Source: Octopus sinensis
Lineage: Eukaryota
Assembly: GCF_006345805.1 (NCBI RefSeq)
Contig: NC_042999.1
Coordinates: 15,066,001 to 15,130,000 of the forward strand
Length of the DNA: 64,000 bases
Direction: 5' to 3'
The stretch's first letter is position 1; each line of letters starts with the position of its first letter. Below, one piece after another: positions 11,158 to 23,045 of the stretch. Below the pieces are notes generated by a model. That model saw only the letters and a list, made by a program, of their open reading frames with translations, did not search any database and had not been told where the DNA came from. Both the position numbers and the translations under genes were made by a program.

Positions 11158-12724
11158 AACTCTTTATCATAGGCACAATGGCCTGAATTAAGAGGGGATA
11201 TTACAATACAAGACATGGGCTACATATAATAAAAAAAAATTAAAAAGTATGGTATGACAATGAATTATTTGTAATGAATTAAATGGAATGGCTTTCAAGC
11301 CCCCCAAAGCTCGCAGTTTCATTTATAATTACAATTGTGTTATTCAGGGCGTTCATCTGTTATGTAATCGAGTACTTCCTCCTGTTCTATAATACCTGGC
11401 AAACTGTCGTAACGAATGTATTGCATTATACATACACCTGTATACACATTTCTCAGTTTCATCACTGTTTCTCTTTCCACAATCGCTGCCTTCACCTGGT
11501 CATCAAACATCTTCGGGTTCAACTTCACTCTGGTTAGACTTTTTATATTTGCCAACTTCTTCTCAATTTCCTTGTCCTTCTTGTACAACATTATCGCTTT
11601 AAGATTTCTTCCTTTTGGTCTATTTCCTTCCTTACATATTCTCAGCCAATCTTCCACTTTTCTTTCCCATTCTTTCTCCTCCTGCCACCTTGAAACTTCG
11701 CTCGCTTTCGTTTCTGTATCTTCCTCTTCGTGCGTTCGATCCTCTATCTCGTCGGTAGTCTTCTTTTTAGTTTTTTTCTTTTTTTTGTACTTTAGGTGGT
11801 GATTCAACCCACGTTCTCTTTCTATCCTCTTTTTCTGTTGTTCTTCCCTTTTCTTCCTCCTTCACCAACTCGTCACCACTTTCTACATTATCTGTGGTCA
11901 CGATTTCCTCTTCCACATACGCCTTCTGTAACTCCTCTGTCAAAGCCTCCAGTGTTATCATTTCCTCTTGTTCTTCTCTTAGCGGACACATATCTTTCAT
12001 GTGGCCTCTAATTTTACATTTGTAACACACTGGGGGGTCTCCCCTCCACCACGACTCTGAGACGTGTCTCATCGGGGAACACCAACTCCTCCGGGATGTT
12101 ATACATGTCTGGCATGGTTATGTGGACCAAAGCCTGTACCGCATAACCCCACCACTTTAGACTTTTCTATCTTCAATATCTCGACATTCTCGGCACAGTT
12201 AAATATTGTTGCCACTACAATTCTCTCCATGTTCAGTTCTGGTGAAATTTTACTGATTCTTATTCTCACCGCTTGTTTTCCACAATAGCTAGGTAGTAAT
12301 ACCCATTTTTCATTTTTCAATATTTTCGTGGCGTTCTTCTTTGCTTCAGCTTCGTTCTCAAAATGAACTACCACCGTCGTGTACTTTCTACCTCTATTGT
12401 AGAAGGTAGTTTTTTCTTCAATCTCTTGCAAACACCTCTCGATTTCCTCCACCTCTGCCACTTCTATTCTCTTCGAAGCCACGCTCCACGTTCTGTATGT
12501 CACACTACGTTTCTCTGCTTCTTTTGCTTCTTCTTCTGGTGGTGTGACCCTCAGGCAATCACCTTCCTTCTTGAAACTGTTGAATTTGGTTAAAGTGATT
12601 CAAACTGCAGACTCAACGCAAAATGGTCACATTTAATTCAAAGCGTTAAAAATGTTATGAAAACAATTGGTATGTGTTCACAAAGTTCAAACGATTAATA
12701 CGAAAAAACCCTCCAGGCTACATC
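11158..12724 (-). mobile_element. Gag/ORF1-only non-LTR retroelement (RRM-like region + CCHC zinc knuckle), frameshifted
   Basis: Three successive minus-strand frames (open from ~12599 to 12099; 12072-11767; 11807-11340) give ~420 aa with CYKCKIRGHMKDMC and acidic/basic coiled-coil stretches. No RT follows. Candidate TSD CTGAAGATT (11149-11157) / CTGAAAATT (12725-12733). Confidence 0.7.
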
Positions 12725-13252
12725 CTGAAAATTCATTTCTTTGCCGAATTTCTACAATGTTTACGGCGATTCAAGTTGAGTTTTATATATATAGATTTTG
12801 TATATTTATAGATAAATATATAAATATACGATAAATAAGACCCCAAGGTACGATATGTAGATGCATATAATGGTGTTTTCCCAAATTATTTATATTATAT
12901 ATATATATATTAACTACATACAGATATATGTATAAATACATACATACGTAATAATAATAATAATATTGTAAACACTATTATTCATAGCTTTATCTACTTC
13001 AAGTTTCACTATTAAAAAGGATTTATATGTGTATCGTGTGTGTGTGTGTACGTGCATGTATGTGTGTGTGTGCATCTTGTGTGTATCGTGTGTGTGTGTA
13101 TCTTGTGTGTATCATTGTTCTAGTTGGTTTTGTAATCAATAATTTTAATAATTAGCATTTTCTTAATTGATATTTTCAAGGTATTCAGGAAATACTAGGG
13201 AAATCGCCCTTTCTATCTACATGTGCATATTTTCACATGTGCATGCACTTGT

Positions 13253-13299
<47 letters not shown>

Positions 13300-13579
13300 C
13301 GGCCAGTACTGAAAAGAACTGTAGCAAACTGTATGTTTTGCCCAAAGAGTTGCACTCAGTCACCTCATTTCCTGCTGTTGCAACTCTGCTTGTGGTCAAC
13401 CATCCCTGGTTGTTGCTAGTTAAGGGAAGAAATCGGGAAGAACACAGCAAAAATACTGTTGCATATGTTTGAATTATTTACAGGCAACCCTGGGTCTCTG
13501 TAAACATTCCCAGTTGCAACAGCTAGATTCTTAAAAGAAAGTGGTTTGATGGCATTGAGTTGTAAATGAATAGAAGGAA

Positions 13580-13900
13580 ATGGAAGAAGAAGAAGAAGAA
13601 CAACAACAACAACTAGTAGTAGTAGAAGAATAAGAAGAATAAGTAGTAGAACAACAACAACAAATGGAAGAAGCAGAAGAAGAAGAACAACAAGTAGTAG
13701 TAGAAGACAAAGAAGAACAAGAAGATGAAGAACAAGTAATAATAGAAGAAGTAGTGGGGAAAGAAATAGTAGTAGTAGTAGTAGTAGTAGTGGGGAATGA
13801 AGAAGAAGTGGTGGTGGGGGATGATAGTGTTGGTAGTAGTAGTAATAGCAGCAGTAGTAGTAGTGGTAGTAATGGTGTTAGTAGTAGTAGTAGTGGTTAA
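13580..13900. repeat. Compound trinucleotide microsatellite (GAA/GTA/CAA)n
   Basis: Directly visible low-complexity sequence. Confidence 0.92.
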
Positions 13901-14367
13901 TGTTGGGGCATGAGAAAAGTATTGTAAAAACTTTTTGATTACATGATAATGAATTCCATTCAACTGCTCGTAATATCAGCTTCACTCGTTACACAATGCG
14001 AAGTAATGTATTCAAATGAATTTATTTAATCAACTCTAGAAGAATGAAGCTACATAATGATGAGGCTTTTCACTCTTACTGTTCGTTATTAAATCAGCAC
14101 CATACAAATGATTCACTGATCTTTCTTGAAATTCTTTATAAGACTATAATAGATCGAACCGCCTTTCACTAGACAACAACTAAAAGAAAAATGTACCCCT
14201 TTAAGGCATTTAAATTAACCATATCTGGCTAAAATATTTTATCCATGATCTAGTCTCTCTCACCAACCCTACATTGTCTTTCTAAAAACAAACAGTCACA
14301 TCATTGAAATCTCTTTCTCCTATAAGCACAAGGCCTGAGATTTTGGGTGAGGGCACCAGTTGATTAA

Positions 14368-15285
14368 CCCTTTCGATGCCAACCTGGCTGAAACTGGCTC
14401 TGACTCTGTAGAACAAATGTCTTGTTTTCATAAGTACTGAATTCAAATCTTCCACCAAACCTTAGTCACAATTTATGTTCCTAACACTAGCTTAATGATA
14501 ACTAAGTTATTTCACTAAATTCTTTGTTATGTTTAAAATTAATTGAAAGAATCACAGAGCATCTCAACAGAAATATGTTGACAGAAGGGTTGATATATGA
14601 TAGAGAAACAATACTTAACCCTTTCGATACCAACCCAACTGAAACTACTTCTGGCTCTGAGTACAAATGTCTTGTTCTCATAAGTTCTGATTTAAAATCT
14701 TCCACAATTTATGTCTCTAACACTGGCTTAATGATAACTAAGTTATTTTACTAAATTCTTTGTTATTTAAAATTTAATGAAAGAAGCACAGAGTATCTCA
14801 ACAGAAATATGGTAACAAAAGGGTTAACAAATGATTAATTTAACCCTTTTGATACCAACCTGCCTGTAATCACCTCTAGTCGGTAGTAAAAATGCCTTGT
14901 TTTCATAAGTTTTGAATTAAAATCTTCCACCAAACCTTAGTTACAATTTATTTTCTTAACACTAGTTTAATGATATATTTCTTTATTGCCCACAAGGGGC
15001 TAAACATAAAGGGGACAGACAGAAGGATTAAGTCAATTACATAGACCCCAGTGCGTAACTGGTACTTAGTTTATCGACCCCAAAAGGATGAAAGGCAAAG
15101 TCGACCTCGGCGGAATTTGAACTCACAACGTAATGGCAGACGAAATGCGGCTATGCATTTCGCCCTGCATGCTAACGGTTCTGCCAGTTCGCCGCCAACC
15201 AAGTTATTTTACTAAATTCTTTGTTATATTTAAAATAATTGAAAGAAACACAGAGCATCACAAAATGAATACAGTAACGAAAGGG
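14368..15285 (+). mobile_element. Three adjacent piggyBac-like MITEs (14368-14589, 14619-14823, 14844-15285); the third is interrupted by a SINE at ~14980-15197
   Basis: Each starts TTAA-CCCTTT(C/T)GAT and ends AAGGG-TT(A/G)A with the same ~220-bp body. Confidence 0.8.
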
Positions 15286-16393
15286 TTAAATCAATTCCAG
15301 TGCTTCACTGGTCCTTAATTTATCGACCTCAAAAGGATGAAAGGTAAAGTAGACCTCAGTGAAATTTGAACTCAAAATGTAAAGACAGATGAAATATTGC
15401 TAAACAGTTTGTCTCACATGCTAATGATTCTGCCAGCTAACTGCCTTCATGTTTTTGAAATCTCAAAGCTACAAAATAATGCATGATCAATTCAAAGCAT
15501 TATATTTGATAGTAATCTGGATGTTATAGGGATATATATACATAGGCATAGGAGTGGCTGTGTGGTAAGCAGCTTACTAATGAACCACATGGTTCCGGGT
15601 TCAGTCCCACTGCGTGGCACCTTGGGCAAGTGTCTTCTACTATAGCTTCGGGCCGACCAAAGCCTTGTGAGTGGATTTGGTAGACGGAAACTGAAAGACG
15701 CCCGTCATATATATGTATATATATGTATGTGTATGTGTATGTGTTTGTCCCCCCAACATCGCTTGACAACCGATATTGGTTTGTTTACATCCCCGTAACC
15801 TAGCGGTTTGGCAAAAGAGTCCGATAGAATAAGTACTAGGCTTACAAAGAATAAGTCCTGGGGTCGATTTGCTCCACTAAAGGCAGTGCTCCAGCATGAC
15901 CACAGTCAAATGACTGAAACAAGTAAAAGAGTAAAGAGTAATATCAAATACATGCTCTCACCATCTCTCTTCCTTTCCAGCTTGGGAAGCCATGTATTCA
16001 CTTCTCCAGCTAGAACCCTGTTTCTGTCCCCTCAATTTCACATCCTTCGATACTGTGCTCCTCTCAATTGAAGGGTTTTGTCTTGCAAGTACTTGGTGAT
16101 CTTACAAGTGCTGGTGCCAACCAGTACATACTGTAAAGTGGTTGGCATTAGGAAGGGTATCAAGCTGTAGAAACCATACCAAAGGAGGCACTGGAGCTAA
16201 GCACAGCCCTCTGGCTCAACTGTTTCTGTCAAAACCGTGCAAATTATGTCTGGAAAAGGAGATGGGACAATAAATAAGGAAGATGATTTTGATGGTGTTG
16301 ATGATGATGATTCAAATGCTCGGGATTATATATATATATAGACATACATATATAAATACACACATACATATATACACATACATAAATATATAC

Positions 16394-16426
<33 letters not shown>

Positions 16427-16605
16427 ATAGGGCAAATGAAAGACATTCATTTTATTATCCATTAGCCATACATATATACACATACATACATATATACACA
16501 TACATATATACACACATACATATATACACATACATAAATACACATACATATATACACACATACATATATACACATACATAAATATATACATACATACATA
16601 TATAC

Positions 16606-16663
<58 letters not shown>

Positions 16664-17380
16664 GGGCAAATGAAAGACATTCATTTTATTATCCATTAGC
16701 CACGCATGTCTGGCTCTGTTAAGAATACCCCTGATGCGTTGGGCAATATGATATGCATGAGAAGACTTGTTGTGTTAAGTTAAACCAGTATTGTAGCTGG
16801 GGCCAATGCCCCCTGACTGGCTCCTATGCCGATGGTACATAAAAGCACCAACCGATCATGACCGATGCCAGTAACCCCTGACTGGCTCCTGTGCCAGTGG
16901 CACATAAAAGCACCATCCGAACATGATTGTTGCCTATACAGTATGTGGCCTATATAGTATGTGAGAAAATAAATCCTATTTCAGAAATGGAGTACTACAA
17001 GGTTTCATAGTCTCACTAGTTCTTCTGCACCTACACTATCAATTATTGAAAAAAAGAAAAAAAAAAAGGGATGGTCATAGCTTGATTGTCTTTATATATA
17101 TGTCCATTCAGTGTGAGAGCAGATTTAACAACAAATAACAAATTGTAGCAGTTTGACATATTTTCAGTTTTGATTTTGTTGCTTTCAACTTATGCAAAGG
17201 AAATTGTAAAGAAACTCTTTATGAGTTGTATTACCAGTTTATCTTGTAACTTGTTGTTTTCTTGCATTTAAATAAACATACATGGATGAAAACTAACAGC
17301 AAAATCTACTTCATCAACATAAGAAAAGCAATCCTTTTCTTTTATAAGACAGACTGACAAGTAAAAAGAGAGAGGTGTAT

Positions 17381-17433
<53 letters not shown>

Positions 17434-17628
17434 CACTTTATTGAAAAGAGTTTCTTTCAGGTTCCCATCTGATGAACGTGAAACTCTGAATAACAGGGTT
17501 TGTGATATTTTTGCTGCTTTTCAATAAAGCATGTTACTCTACCTCTGGTATTCAAGTATTTACTACTTTTCCACCTTGTTTCACATTTATGTGCTTACTC
17601 TGGTATATATATATATATATATATATAT

Positions 17629-18270
17629 CTAGCAGAGACACCCGGCGTTGCTTGGGATTAAAACGCTATAGTCTATATATATTACAGTTATGTTGAAACA
17701 GGTGATATGGGAAAGTGCAGCATTGACAACAAAACATTTGTGGAGTAAATGATGGGCTAATTCGAGGCTAATTCGACTAAGCAACATGCTAAGCATCTGT
17801 TTCAGGCCCTAACCTGTGGGGGTTATGTGATTTTTGAATGCACCGAGAAGCTGTCAGTGGATATACTCTCTTTTGCAACAATCGGCACTGTGTCTAACAC
17901 GACCCATCATCTGAAATGTTGACACCTTCTTCGGGTTTGTTGTCCTACATCACTCATAAAGTAAATTTGGAGGAACTGTGGTTGTTCATTTGTGGGTAAC
18001 AGGGAACCAGTGAGGTGATAGACTTGCCCTTGAACTTTGATGTTGTCGTAAATTCATGTTTATGTATCTTCTTAGATGCAGCAAATGATGTCATTTGCAG
18101 AGTTGTATTGTCTGATATTGTTCAGAAAATCCTATGACTGGGTGGAAATGCCTCCTAGAAGACCCATAAGAGGTTGAGAAGGAGCTGGTAGTGCTGGCAA
18201 TGTTACCTGACCACCTGAGCAGCATATAACATTTGTTTCATTTGAAAATTTTAAAGCTCTACAGAAAAGA
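17629..18270 (-). mobile_element. Helitron relic: Rep/helicase N-terminal fragment next to a Helitron 3' end
   Basis: Minus strand: CCSGGQVTLP, FLNNIRQYNS, IKVQGQVYHLTGSLLP, QFLQIYF (18270-17950). 3' hairpin CCCAAGCAACGCCGGG and terminal CTAG at 17629-17632. Confidence 0.75.
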
Positions 18271-20379
18271 CAATTTGTTTAGCACAGCAATTTGAACAGG
18301 GTTATTATTTTTATAAGAATGGGATGGATCATATCTGAAAACAGCTTCAGGAATTGTGAAGAATGAATTTGTACATAGTGTTTCTGAGAGCTATTCTATT
18401 GGATCTCTGTCTATACATTAAGTGCATCTAGCTTCTCTCTTCAGACTCTTGCATTCGGTTTTCTACAATCCTCCTTGCTTTATACTTGTTTCTGGAGAGA
18501 TTACATCTTTTCTTTGGTGGCATATTTTTCCCAATATTGTAAACAAAAAATTATGGACATAGAAAGAAATTGTACATTAATCACTATTTTTGTAAGCAGT
18601 TGTATCCGTAAAAATTTTATTTTAAGAGAGCAGAAATTGAAAGAAGATAAAGTGAAAAGAACAGAGAAAGAAAGTGAAATATGTATGTATGTCTATATGA
18701 AATAGACATGTGTGAGTGTGTGTGTGCGCGTGCATGTTTGTGCATGTGTATGTGAGAAAGAAAGAGGATGAGAAAGAGAGATAGAATGAGTGAGTGAAGG
18801 TGTGTGTCATGATGATTGACGTCTTTTAAGGTACACACACATAGAAAACGTGACATCGTATAAAATTTTTACGATAGTTGATTTATGGAAAAGATTATGT
18901 TAAATTTTTGATATGCAAATATGTGAATGAAAATTAAGTTTAATTTGTAGCCAAAATAGTACTGAATCTTTTGATACGGCATATGTCAAAATCTGTAACT
19001 CAGTTTTAGAAAGCATAAGGAATATATAATATCAATGAGGCAGACCTCTACATGGTAGCAAGACCTTGTAGAAATAGCAGCCAAATCTCCTTCAAAATAC
19101 CCTTCTGTGTTAATCCGACAATTCTGCCTATTATGTAGTTTGAATGAGAAACTGTTATTAAGATTAAGATTATTAACCCCACAGAGAGAGGAAAGAAGAG
19201 AGACAGCATAGCGACGGTTTTGGCTGACTGCCATCCTGTACTCCCCTTGTTGCTAGCAAAATGGCATGTGCTGGCTGTCTGAGCAACTGGTTGTTTTAAT
19301 GGCGGAACAAACAGGACATTAAAGATTACAAAAATAGCGATTCTCACTTTGAAACTAACAATTTTGAAAATCTTTTTTGATTATGGAACACCCTGCTCTC
19401 TTATGTATCCATTCTTAAAATTTCAGTGTGATCAGATGAACAATACTTGAGTTATAAGTACACAACCAGACAGACAGACAGGGAACAATTCAATTTAGAA
19501 ATACTAAATCAAATTTCACAAAATATAATATATATATAAAAATTAGAAAAAAAAGAAGGTGCCACGCAGTGAGACTGAACTTGGAACTGTGTGGTTGGGA
19601 AGCAAGCTTTGTACCACACAACCACTCCTACAGCTATGTATTTTTTCTTGTCTGGATTGGTTCAATCTCCCTGCATGGCACTTTCAGTGAGTGTTTTGTA
19701 CTATAGCCCCAGGCTCACGAAAGCCTTGTGAGTGGATTTGGAAGAGAGGAAACTGAAAGAAGCTTGTATGTATGTGCATGTGTGTTTATGTCTCCTTGTG
19801 TTGATATTGTCATGAATGAATGTCATTCATTTCCATCATCATCATCATCATCATCGTTTAACGCCCGCTTTCCATGCTAGCATGGGTTGGATGATTTGAC
19901 TGAGGACTGGCGAACCAGATGGCTGCACCAGGCTCCAATCTTGATCTGGCAGAGTTTCTACAGCTGGATGCCCTTCCTAACACCAACCACTCTGAGAGTG
20001 TAGTGGGTGCTTTTACGTGCCAGTCATGTGGTACTAGCAACGGCCATGAAAACACCGTGTTCTATTACGTGTCACCTGCACACCTGCACAAGTGCCAGTA
20101 AGACGACACTGGTAACGATCACGCTCGAATGGTGCATTTTACATGCCACCAGCATGAATGCCAGTTAGCTGTCTGTAAAAACATGTTTGGGCCATTGGGA
20201 AGTATTACATTACTTGGTAACTGGTAAGGTTTGATGACAAGAAGGGCATCCATACAAGCAGGGAAAAATGTGGACATTAAAATGATTATGATGATGATGA
20301 CAGTGATGATATATAACAACCACATTACTAGTGAGTCACATTTCAGAATCCAAACAATCTGCTGTTTACAATCCTGTTG

Positions 20380-21151
20380 AAATTACGGCTCAAATTAGCA
20401 GCGACACGCTTCTCTCTTGACAATTAAACCCAGGGTTTGTGTTGATCACGCCACAGACGATGTATGAACAAACAATAAACAGATATACAGATGACACTGA
20501 TATCAAGAAATCCTCTTGCGAGCGTGACCTAGGTATCACTGTCAGCAGTGATTTGCGTTGGACAAAGCATATTTCTAAAATTGTCAAGAAGGCCGAGGGT
20601 GTCTTGGCATTGTTAGCCGCTCTCCAGCCATCTATTTAAAGCTGTATACAGCTATGGTACGACCACACTTGGAATTCGCATCATCAGTTTGGAACCCCTA
20701 TCTTGCTCAGAACATTGACCTCCTGGAATCTGTTCAGAGACGTGCAACCAAACGCATACCCTCCATCAGACACCTACCATATTCTGAGCGCCTTGTTTCC
20801 CTGGGCATGGATTCACTGAAGCTCCGGCGTCTGGCGATGGACTTGGTAAACACCCACAAAGTTATCAACCAACTCACCAACAACAACACTGAACACATTT
20901 TTGATCTCCATGTGTCCAACACACGTGGACATGCCTACAAAGTCAGAAAACAACACAGCTCCCATGACTTTGGAAACATTTTTTCATACTCAGAGTTGCT
21001 GAAGCATGGAACAAACTGCCTGCGTCAGTTGTTGACTGCCATGACACTGCATCCTTTAAGGCCCTCATGCTTTCCGAAATCCACCGAAACTACACCTGAT
21101 TATACATACACTTTAGATGAGTTGTAGTGCATCTGAGTACTGTACACAATG

Positions 21152-21190
<39 letters not shown>
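20380..21190 (+). mobile_element. CR1/L2-type LINE 3' end
   Basis: ERDLGITVSSDLRW, VRPHLEFASSVWNP, LESVQRRATK, LPYSERL, NTRGH; (TTA)n tail. Confidence 0.88.
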
Positions 21191-21191
<1 letters not shown>

Positions 21192-22269
21192 TATTATAAT
21201 TCTTTAGTTGTATTTTACAGTTCATTTCTATTCCACGAATATTCTTTCTGTCCTTTAGTGACAAAACTAATTTATTCCACTTATGTGAATCGTAAATATT
21301 TACACAACCAAAGACTGTAACAGATTTTACCGGTTTCAGATTGTAGTATATCTTCTTTGTTTTCTAATTTTAGATAGTTCTTGATGACTCCTTACTGTAT
21401 ACACAAAGCTACACCTTTGATAGTTTAAGAGAGCAGTCTGTTAAACTGCACCTACAACTTGACTTGTTCATATTTTATCATACTCTTTTACTTGTTTCAG
21501 TCATTTGACTGTGGCCATGCTGAAGCACCGCCTTTAATCGAGCAACTCAACCCCAGGACTTATTCTTTTATAAGCCCAGTACTTATTCTATCAGTCTCTT
21601 TTGCTGAATCACTAAGTAACGGGGACATAAACACACCAGCATCGGTTGTCAAGCAATGCTAGGGGGACAAACACAGATACACAAACACACACACACGCAT
21701 ATATATATACGACGGGCTTCTTTCAGTTTCCGTCTACCAAATCCACTCAACAAGGCTTTGGTCGGCCTGAGGCTATAGTAGAAGACACTTGCCCAACGTG
21801 CCACGCAGTGGGGCTGAACCATGTGGTTGGTAAGCAAGCTATTTACCACACAACCACTCCTACGCCTAAGAAATAACATATTTTTGTGGTCCTTGACACC
21901 ATACATGTCTCATATTTGCAGAATTTATCGGCAGATATGCCCACACTTTGTTCAATGTAGTGTGACTATCATTGCAAACTAGATGAGACATGTTTTGTTG
22001 AACTTTTAACTGTCTCTTAGGAAAATTGGTATTTTGAATGTGCCCTTAGTGTTTTGATTGTGAGGTCACATGGGTTACGGTCACTTTCTACTAAGCAGGG
22101 TCAAAGAACTGTAAAAAGAACTTCATGGTTTGTATGCTCTTTATGGAGCTTTGCCATCACAAATCTGCAATTGCTTACTTTATAACTGTTGACTATTCTG
22201 AAAATGCTTTTCCCAGCTGACAACTGGCTTCAACATGTCTTTTATTTCAGAAATACGGCCAGTTATGAA

Positions 22270-22620
22270 AGAGAAGAAAATGTAAAAATAACCCCGATGT
22301 CTTCTGCTTATTTCTGGATTTGGCAGTGAAACAAAATCACAGATTTTGTGAAGGAAGCTTACCTTCCTTCCTTACTTATTTTAGCATGAAACTGGGAGAC
22401 AAGACAAAGCTTGGGCATCCTGTATAGTGTGCAAAACATGTGTTGAAACAACGAGACAGTGACTGCTTCAAATACTTAAGTAGAAAGTTTCCAGCTTTGT
22501 CTTGTGAGAAAAATAAGGTTGTAGTGTTTGATGGGCCACATATTAGGTGACTATCGTAGGTCGAGCTATTTTTGGAGACCATTGAAAAAGAAGCATGAAA
22601 TTCTTTTGTTGAGTCTGCCC
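22270..22620 (+). mobile_element. Chapaev3-like (CMC) transposase relic
   Basis: Degenerate CKNNPDVFC, ITDFVKEAY, MKLGDK, FKYLSRKFPALS, FDGPHIR motifs, in the order recalled for Chapaev3 transposases. Confidence 0.55.
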
Positions 22621-22660
22621 CTGGATAGTTAAATTTCTGTTGTGATATTCTTTACAAATA

Positions 22661-23045
22661 CTAGCAGTATCACCAGGCGTTGCTCAGGTTTGTTTCGACC
22701 CTTTAGAATTGGAATTTTTGAAAAGTATTTGCATTATGTAGCTTGTTATTCTCTTTAAGTGGACATTTTTCTGGTTGAAATACACCGACAAATGGTGACA
22801 CAGCAGTCAAAAAATCGTAAAAAATAGGGATTTTCATAGAAAAAAAGCACCTTTTTGATGTAAATAATTTTTTGTGTTAACATGGTCCGATTTGAATCTT
22901 TTCTTCAACGGAAGGAAGAGCAAGCCTTCTTCTATCATACTCTCAATTTTCGTTAACTTGCGCCGCAGGGTCTCGGAGGAGATAGTGTTTGTTGAAGGCT
23001 ACTAAACCTGCCATACACAGACAACTTCAGTTTTATATATAGAGA
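22661..23045 (-). mobile_element. Non-autonomous Helitron
   Basis: A|TCTCTATATATAAAA 5' end; GCAACGCC hairpin + CTAG|T 3' end. Near-identical copy at 24865-25259. Confidence 0.8.

Noticed and set aside
13290-13560. Unique-looking stretch with short ORFs on both strands
   Set aside because: No recognisable domain, stops in each frame and no convincing splice-site pair.
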